Program-made: the position numbers and the translations under genes
Source: Candidatus Eiseniibacteriota bacterium
GTDB lineage: Bacteria; ARS69
Length of the DNA stretch: 17,012 bases
Direction: 5' to 3'
Assembly: GCA_052390515.1 (NCBI GenBank)
Contig: JBQTGV010000074.1
Location: forward strand, 1-17,012
The notes under the pieces: generated by a model
Database searches by the model: none
What the model was told of the DNA's origin: nothing
Seen by the model: only the letters and a program-made list of their open reading frames with translations
Shown: piece after piece, positions 11,167 through 17,012 of the stretch
How positions within the stretch are numbered: position 1 is the first letter of the stretch
How the letters are laid out: every line of letters starts with the position of its first letter

Positions 11167-11710
11167 AGCCTCCACTCCTCATGATCTGCTTGCGGAACCG
11201 ATTGAGCCGGTTCCGGATGCTCCCGTCGTACACCTTGTCGCCGATCCCGACCACGGCTCCGCCCAGGAGGGCCGGCTCCACCTCGGAATCGATCACGATC
11301 TCCTTCTGCAGCAACCCGCGGAGCATGAGCTCGAGCTCCCCGCGAAGATCCGCGGAGAGCGGCCGTGCGGTGCGCACCGAGATTCGCGCGCGCGCGGCGT
11401 GCTCGTCCGCCATCGCCTGGTACGCCTCCGCGATCCAGCGAAGCTGACCGGCCCGCCGTTTCGCGACGAGCAGGCTCAGGAAGTCGGCCATCACCGTGGA
11501 GGCCCGTCCGTCGAGCGCCTTGCGCAGGTGCGCCACCTTCACCGCGGGCTCGAGCACCGGCGTCGCCAGGAAGCGCTCGAGGTCGGACGTCGAGCGGACC
11601 AGATCCGTGAACTCGCGAAGCTCGGCTCCCAGCGCCTCCACTTCACCTCGGTCCCGCGCGATCCCGAACAGGGCCTCCGCGTAGACGCGCGCCACGGGGC
11701 TCGCCAGCAT
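11150..11710 (-). CDS. atpH: ATP synthase delta subunit
   Basis: [35 protein letters not shown] at 11710 overlaps the atpF stop (TGATG). Confidence 0.95.
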
Positions 11711-12378
11711 CAAGCCTTGCCCGCCGGCGTCTTGTCGTCACGCATCTCCTGGATCAGCTCGCGGACGAGCCGCTCCTGGTCCTTCTGATCGAGCGCGCGG
11801 CCCAGGATGCGCGTGGCCAGCTCCGTGGACAGGCCGGCGGCCTGCTCCCACAGCTCGTGCACCGCGCCGTCCTTGGCCAGTTCGATCTCGCGCCGTGCCC
11901 GCTCCTTGAAGTGCTCCGCCTCTTCGTGCGCCTTGCGGCGGATCTCCTCCTGTACGGCGAGCCCGTCGCGGCGAGCTTCGTCCAAGATGCTGCGCGCCTC
12001 GTCCTTCGCCTTGTCCATCATCGTCTGGTGGCGGGCGAGGAGCTGCTGCGCCTCGGACTTGATGCGGTCCGCCTCTTGGATGGCGCCGGAGATCCGCTGC
12101 TCCCGCTCCGCCAGGGCCCTCATCAGCGGGCCCCAGGCGGTGATGCGGAGCACGACCAGCACCACCAGGAACGTGATGATGGTCCAGATGAGCAGTCCTG
12201 GCTCGACGCTGAACAGGCTCGGGGCGGCATGGGCGGCCTCCGTGGCGTGCGTCGCCGCCGCCTCCTCGGCGTGCGGGTCGGCGGCCCAGACCGCTGCCGG
12301 CGCGAGGCTTGCCCCGCCGGCGAGACGCACCGCCGCCGCGGAGATTCCCCCGAGCGCCCGGCTCGTCGCTCTGATCAC
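11710..12378 (-). CDS. atpF: ATP synthase Fo subunit b with N-terminal extension
   Basis: PGLLIWTIITFLVVLVVLRITAWGPL...REQRI, followed by coiled coil; GTG start with AAGGGG upstream. Confidence 0.93.
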   Translation of the reverse strand: MIRATSRALGGISAAAVRLAGGASLAPAAVWAADPHAEEAAATHATEAAHAAPSLFSVEPGLLIWTIITFLVVLVVLRITAWGPLMRALAEREQRISGAIQEADRIKSEAQQLLARHQTMMDKAKDEARSILDEARRDGLAVQEEIRRKAHEEAEHFKERARREIELAKDGAVHELWEQAAGLSTELATRILGRALDQKDQERLVRELIQEMRDDKTPAGKA

Positions 12379-12406
12379 GGGCTTCCCCTTTCCGGCGCCT
12401 GAGCCG

Positions 12407-12664
<258 letters not shown>

Positions 12665-12674
12665 TCAGTGACAC

Positions 12675-13457
12675 CTAGTGCTCGGGATGAGCAGCCATCC
12701 CGATGAACACTGCGGTGAGGAACGTGAAAACGTACGCCTGGAGCAGCGCGACGAAGAGCTCGAGAAAGTAGATCGCCGTGGCGGCTGCGATGGACACGCC
12801 GATCACGGGCCCCTGGATGAAGATCGCCGCGTTCTTCACCATGAAGATGAAGCCGAGCAACACCAGGATGATGATGTGCCCGCCGTTCATGTTCGCCCAG
12901 AGACGGACGGCGAGTGCGAACGGCTTGGTGAAGATGCCCACCATCTCCACGACGAACAGGATCGGCCACAGCCACAGCGGGACGGGCGGAACGATCGACC
13001 GGACGTAGTGCACCAGCCCGTTCTCGCGGATCCCCACGAAGTGGATGGCGAAGAAACTGATCACCGCGAGTCCCGCCGTGACGGAGAGGTTCGCGGTGGC
13101 GGTGGCGCTGCCGGGCACGAGACCGAGCAGGTTGCAGAACAGGATGAAGAAGAAGAGCGTCCACAGGTAGGGCAGGTAGCGGTCCGCCTTGTCGTGGAAG
13201 TTGGGGACGGCGAGCTCGTCCTTGATGAAGAGCAGGATCGGCTCGACGAAGTTGCGGAAGCCGCGGGGAACCGGCCCCCTCTGGCGCGCGGCCACGTTCA
13301 TCAGGACGATGAGCAGGGCCGAAGCGATCCACATGAGCCAGACGTGCTTGGTGATCCCCAAGCGGGAGAGATCCATCCCGAAGAACGTCGGGCTGTCCAG
13401 CAGGTGATGGAGGATGTCGATCTTGCTCGGGTCGCTGGCTGCGGACAGTAGGATCAC
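12675..13457 (-). CDS. atpB: ATP synthase Fo subunit a
   Basis: NLLGLVP, ATATANLSVT, KPFALAVRLWANM with the essential Arg, ELFVALLQAYVF; GTGA overlap with atpI. Confidence 0.97.
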   Translation of the reverse strand: MILLSAASDPSKIDILHHLLDSPTFFGMDLSRLGITKHVWLMWIASALLIVLMNVAARQRGPVPRGFRNFVEPILLFIKDELAVPNFHDKADRYLPYLWTLFFFILFCNLLGLVPGSATATANLSVTAGLAVISFFAIHFVGIRENGLVHYVRSIVPPVPLWLWPILFVVEMVGIFTKPFALAVRLWANMNGGHIIILVLLGFIFMVKNAAIFIQGPVIGVSIAAATAIYFLELFVALLQAYVFTFLTAVFIGMAAHPEH

Positions 13458-13813
13458 CGCGCGGCCTCCCCCATCTCGCGCCGGGCGAGGATCCAGGCCT
13501 CGGCCATGACCAGCGCGAAGTAGAACGTGACCACCCAGAGCACGAAACGTGCGGGGTCGAGCCCCGTCAGGGCGACCAGCCCGATGACCGCGGCGACGAG
13601 GAGCACGAGGCGAATCACGAACCCGCCGACCACGAGCTTCACCGCGTAACGGTCCGGGCCGCGCAGCGCCAAGCGAACACAGCCGTACCCGCCCAGCACG
13701 GTCAGCAGCGAGAGCCCGGCTCCGATGGACATCATGGCGACCGCGTCACGGCCGCCGAGCAGTGTCGTCGGGATCCCGGTCAGGAGGCCGAGGGCGAGGG
13801 TGATCAGGATCAT
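13454..13813 (-). CDS. atpI: ATP synthase protein I-like 4-TM membrane protein
   Basis: Four hydrophobic segments, GGFVIRLVLL, directly upstream of atpB. Start uncertain (ATG 13813 or 13735). Confidence 0.75.
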   Translation of the reverse strand: MILITLALGLLTGIPTTLLGGRDAVAMMSIGAGLSLLTVLGGYGCVRLALRGPDRYAVKLVVGGFVIRLVLLVAAVIGLVALTGLDPARFVLWVVTFYFALVMAEAWILARREMGEAAR

Positions 13814-14045
13814 CGTGATCGGAATCCGGTCGGCCGCTTCGTTGCGTTTCGCGGTAGAGAACATAGAAGCCGATGCTCGCTCCGAGAAAGGTCCCGACCA
13901 GCGTGAGGGTCCCGGCGGTGGAGAGTCGGCGATCGAGCCAGCTTCCACCCAGGATGCCAAGAACCACAATCAGGGCGAACTGAACGCCAACGTGTGCGAA
14001 GCGGACGTACCGGTCGAGGTCCGACGGTCCCTTGCGGCGAACCAT
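13746..14045 (-). CDS. atpZ: AtpZ/AtpI-family 2-TM protein (first gene of the atp operon)
   Basis: GVQFALIVVLGILGGSWLDRRL...LVGTFLGASIGFYVLYR matches the G-x-W-L-D signature; GGAG RBS. Confidence 0.85.
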   Translation of the reverse strand: MVRRKGPSDLDRYVRFAHVGVQFALIVVLGILGGSWLDRRLSTAGTLTLVGTFLGASIGFYVLYRETQRSGRPDSDHDDPDHPRPRPPDRDPDDTARRP

Positions 14046-14213
14046 CCAGATCTCCGCATCCCGGACCCGAGAGGAGGCCGTGCCGGAACGGCAGTGCCTG
14101 CTCCCGAAGTTCCTGGGATTTCAGCCACTTCCCCGCATCCGCACAGTCGGCCGGTCACAGTAGGGGCGGCGCCGGCGGGATGCAAGCGTTTTCCTTCACA
14201 AGCCGTTCGCGCC

Positions 14214-14241
14214 AAGGTATCAGGGGCGGGCGGTCGGTCAA
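14214..14241 (-). promoter_or_regulatory. Putative sigma70 promoter of the atp(-nrf) operon
   Basis: Minus strand TTGACC (14241-14236), 16-nt spacer ending in TGa, TACCTT (14219-14214). Confidence 0.45.
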
Positions 14242-14298
14242 GCACCAGGAGAGAGGGGCCGATGACAAGAAAGTGCTCGAATTCCGTCCGGGGACGTG

Positions 14299-14307
14299 TG
14301 CTATACT
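14299..14307 (+). promoter_or_regulatory. Putative extended -10 promoter
   Basis: TGcTATACT, an AT-rich near-consensus element in GC-rich DNA; no good -35. Confidence 0.35.
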
Positions 14308-14486
14308 GCGGGCGTCCTGGTATCGGTACGGGGCTCCCCCCGGGCCGTCTCCCCGGTCGGATCGGCCAACCCCATGATGGGGAAGAAGATGGGGGAGGCT
14401 GTTCGTCGGCTGGTTCGGGTTCGTGTGTGGGGTGGGGTCGAAGTGCCAAGCCCGCAGAAAAAGTGGGCCTGAGAGCTTCCGGGCGG

Positions 14487-14515
14487 TTGAAATCGGTTCC
14501 CGATCCTGCTAGAGT
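14487..14515 (+). promoter_or_regulatory. Putative sigma70 promoter for the 14587 gene
   Basis: TTGAAA (14487-14492), 17-nt spacer ending in TGc, TAGAGT (14510-14515); GGAGG RBS at 14573-14577. Confidence 0.6.
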
Positions 14516-14586
14516 AATCAGGCGCTCGGGCGGGTACACGTGTCCGTCCACCTGCGCTCGTCAATCCGATTCGGAGGAAACAATCC

Positions 14587-15132
14587 ATGAAGCGTTTCAT
14601 GACGATTCTTGTTCTGGCGATGCTCGTGATGGCTCCGGCTGCCATGGCCGCCAACCGCTACGGCTGGACCGTCAGCAGCAGCGCGGTCGACCCGTTCGTC
14701 AACACCGGCCTGCCCACGGGCGGCATCGTCTCGCTGTTCCTGTGGCTGCAGTGCGCTCCGGATGGCGGCGCGGCGGCTGCGGAGTTCGACATGCAGGGTC
14801 CTGCCGGCGCCGTGCTCGCCTTTACGGCGATGAACGGCTTCCTGAACGCGGGCGGCGCGCTCAATCTGCTGCTCGCGACTCCATGCAATGCGGGTCCGGT
14901 GGTTGCCGGTAACTGGCTCTGCCTGAGCCTCCCTGGTGACTTCTGCCTGCGTCCGTCGGCTGCGAACGCCAAGAACGTGTCGGTGGACTGCGTGCTCTTC
15001 GGCGAGCACACGAACAACACGGTCGGCTTCGGCAACAGTGGCGCGCCGGCCCTTTGCGTCGAGCAGATCTGCCCTCCGATCGTCTCGGTCGAGGAGAGCA
15101 GCTGGGGCGAGATCAAGGGCCTGTATCGCTAA
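14587..15132 (+). CDS. Secreted Cys-rich hypothetical protein with C-terminal SWGxxK motif (paralog A)
   Basis: Signal peptide MKRFMTILVLAMLVMAPAAMA; 7 Cys; ends VSVEESSWGEIKGLYR; strong GC3 codon bias, promoter, RBS and terminator. Confidence 0.9.
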   Translation: MKRFMTILVLAMLVMAPAAMAANRYGWTVSSSAVDPFVNTGLPTGGIVSLFLWLQCAPDGGAAAAEFDMQGPAGAVLAFTAMNGFLNAGGALNLLLATPCNAGPVVAGNWLCLSLPGDFCLRPSAANAKNVSVDCVLFGEHTNNTVGFGNSGAPALCVEQICPPIVSVEESSWGEIKGLYR

Positions 15133-15158
15133 CCGCGATTCGAGCCTGAAGGTTTGAC

Positions 15159-15197
15159 GAAGGGCCTCTCCTCGGAGAGGCCCTTCTGCTTTGTGTT
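15159..15197 (+). terminator. Rho-independent terminator
   Basis: Perfect 12-bp stem GAAGGGCCTCTC / GAGAGGCCCTTC with CTCG loop, followed by TGCTTTGTGTT. Confidence 0.75.
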
Positions 15198-15290
15198 CGC
15201 CTTCCACGGATGAGTAGACTCGCCTCCGTCGCTGCCGGAGGAGAGGAGGGGCCGGGCGAAGAGCGGACGGCGCGATCGGGGAGGTGTCCC

Positions 15291-15824
15291 TTGAAGCAAC
15301 TGCTTACCATCCTGGCTCTCGTGACTCTCGTGATGACGCCCCCCGCGGAGGCGGCGCGTTACATCTGGACCATCAGCAGCCTCGCCACCAATCCGTTGAT
15401 GAACGTCGGCGAGCCGACTGGCGGGATCATGACCCTGTACCTGTGGCTGTGGTGCGCGTTGGACGGGGGTGCGTCGGCGGCGGAATTCGACATCGCCGGC
15501 CCGGCGGGTTCCGTTCTCGCCTTCACGCCGATCAATGGCTTCCTGAACGCGGGCGGTACGACGAACCTGCTGCTCGCCACTCCGTGCAACGCCGGGCCGG
15601 TGGTTGCCGGAAGCTGGTTGTGCCTGAGCCTTCCGGGGGAGTTCTGCCTGGTTCCGTCTGTGAACGGCAAGAACGTCTCGGTGGACTGCATCGTGTTCGC
15701 CGAGCATCCCAACCAACAGACGGGTTTCGCGAACGGAGTGTCGCCCACCTGTGTGAGCATCTGCGATTGGTCCGACACGGAGTCGGCCAGCTGGGGCCGG
15801 GTGAAGTCGCTGTTTCGCAGGTAG
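15291..15824 (+). CDS. Secreted Cys-rich hypothetical protein with C-terminal SWGxxK motif (paralog B)
   Basis: TTG at 15291 after GGGAGGT; signal MKQLLTILALVTLVMTPPAEA; collinear with paralog A with all 7 Cys conserved; ends DTESASWGRVKSLFRR. Confidence 0.88.
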   Translation: MKQLLTILALVTLVMTPPAEAARYIWTISSLATNPLMNVGEPTGGIMTLYLWLWCALDGGASAAEFDIAGPAGSVLAFTPINGFLNAGGTTNLLLATPCNAGPVVAGSWLCLSLPGEFCLVPSVNGKNVSVDCIVFAEHPNQQTGFANGVSPTCVSICDWSDTESASWGRVKSLFRR

Positions 15825-15866
15825 GTCCGGCGGTGCTCAGTGCATCCCGCCAGGCGGGTTGGGCGC

Positions 15867-16493
15867 TCAGTACGTGCCGGGCATGACCGCGCGGAGGGCA
15901 TGAACCAGCAGCCGCTCGGCCTTCTCGAGCTGCCGGCGGTGGAAGGGCTCCGCGGAGGAGCCCCACAGGAAGACGAAGGTCGCCGGCACGGGGTCGACCG
16001 GCTTGCCGCGAGCGTTTCTCTGAGAGAGGACCTCGATGAACTCCTCGACCGCCCAGGTGTCGGGCCGGGTCGTGTCGAGCTCGGTCCAGATCTCGCGGAA
16101 GCCGAACAGCAGCTCCTGGATGTCGTGCATGGCTGCGCCGTCCCGGAGGATGCTCTTCACCATTCGCTCCGCCTCCGGCAGCGCCTCGAACTCCGCGATG
16201 GGCGGCCGCTTGGGCGCCCGACCCCGCTTCTGGAACGCCTTGGGGAGAAGGCCGAGACAGGTCTCCAGGCCCGCCTGCCCGAGCCAGCGGAACGCGCCGC
16301 GGATCGGGCCGCCGTCGTATCCCTGCACCCAGGCGGCCGCGTACTCGTCCGGGCCGGCACCCGGAGCCGGGGGAACCCAGGGCGGATCCACCTTCCCGTA
16401 TCTGGAAAGCTGATAGAGCTCCCTCGGGAGCGGTTGCTCGAGGAACGCTCCGACGAGCTCGGTCGGTGTCCTGTAGGTCGACCTCGTGGGCAC
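15867..16493 (-). CDS. Hypothetical cytoplasmic protein, about 208 aa
   Basis: Protein-like composition from PTRSTYRTP to VMPGTY. GTG at 16493 has GGAGG upstream; alternative ATG at 16580. The track's extension to 16919 is antisense to thiC. Confidence 0.65.
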   Translation of the reverse strand: MPTRSTYRTPTELVGAFLEQPLPRELYQLSRYGKVDPPWVPPAPGAGPDEYAAAWVQGYDGGPIRGAFRWLGQAGLETCLGLLPKAFQKRGRAPKRPPIAEFEALPEAERMVKSILRDGAAMHDIQELLFGFREIWTELDTTRPDTWAVEEFIEVLSQRNARGKPVDPVPATFVFLWGSSAEPFHRRQLEKAERLLVHALRAVMPGTY

Positions 16494-16689
16494 GATCCGC
16501 CATCCTCCCTGGAGCGCGGGTGGAGTCCCGGAGGGGGGGAACCGGTTCCGGAACACCGCCGGCACGACCGGAGGACGCATCGTGGGGGTCGTGCTCCGAA
16601 GATCCCACGCGGAGAGGCCGGCGGCAAGGCGAAGATGCGCCTCCGCGGGGTGACGCGGCGGGCCGGATGCTCGCGCGGCCGGCGCCCGC

Positions 16690-16718
16690 TGGACCGACCG
16701 GTCCCGTTCGCCTAGATT
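16690..16718 (+). promoter_or_regulatory. Putative thiC promoter
   Basis: TGGACC (16690-16695), 17-nt spacer, TAGATT (16713-16718). Confidence 0.35.
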
Positions 16719-16760
16719 GCGGCCAGCCGGGCGCTTGCAAGCGCCCCCCGGAGGGCGGTC

Positions 16761-17012
16761 ATGGCGACGACGGAGCGGGGCGTCGAGCAGGTCGGGGTTC
16801 CGATCGGCCGCGACCGGGGTCCGGGCTATGGCGACCTGGACGACATGCGGCCGGAGCAGCCGCTGCGCCGGGAGTGGGTGGCGCGCCGCCGGCCCGACGC
16901 CGTCCGCACGCAGATTCACTACGCCCGGCGCGGCGACCTCACGCCGGAGATGTGGGTTGTCGCGGAGCGGGAGGGTCTCGAGCCCGCCTGCATCCGCGAC
17001 GAGGTGGCGCGC
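16761..17012 (+). CDS. thiC: Phosphomethylpyrimidine synthase, N-terminal part (runs off window)
   Basis: Not in ORF track. Manual translation MATTERG...PLRREWVARRRPDAVRTQIHYARRGDLTPEMWVVAEREGLEPACIRDEVAR matches the ThiC N-terminal TQxHYARxGxxTPEM...EVARG; GGAGGG RBS at 16750-16755. Confidence 0.85.
   Translation, partial: MATTERGVEQVGVPIGRDRGPGYGDLDDMRPEQPLRREWVARRRPDAVRTQIHYARRGDLTPEMWVVAEREGLEPACIRDEVAR

Noticed and set aside
13725-14912. 395-aa plus ORF and other ORFs crossing the 14046-14586 intergenic region
   Set aside because: Non-protein-like composition; they overlap real genes and promoter elements.
15845-15858. CCCGC-CAG-GCGGG hairpin as a bidirectional terminator
   Set aside because: Short stem with no U-tract; expected by chance at this GC content.

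Overview
High-GC bacterial chromosomal window; the lineage cannot be determined from the sequence alone. The core is a roughly 12 kb minus-strand run of touching or overlapping genes: a complete F1Fo ATP synthase operon (atpZ-I-B-E-F-H-A-G-D-C), followed 14 bp later by nrfH-nrfA (cytochrome c nitrite reductase with CXXCH rather than CXXCK at heme 1), then a roughly 1017-aa membrane/spermidine-synthase-like/TPR fusion that apparently starts at CTG. The left flank has the C-terminus of a C39-like peptidase coupled to a small protein with a double-glycine site and two Cys, a degenerate SAM-methyltransferase-fold gene, and a secreted protein. The right flank has divergent promoters, two tandem paralogous secreted Cys-rich proteins, a hypothetical gene and the 5' end of thiC with no TPP riboswitch. 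The most striking signal is that three Sec-exported proteins from two unrelated families all end in the same motif, [VT]ExxSWGx[VI]Kx[LI][YF]x, a candidate C-terminal sorting or anchoring signal.
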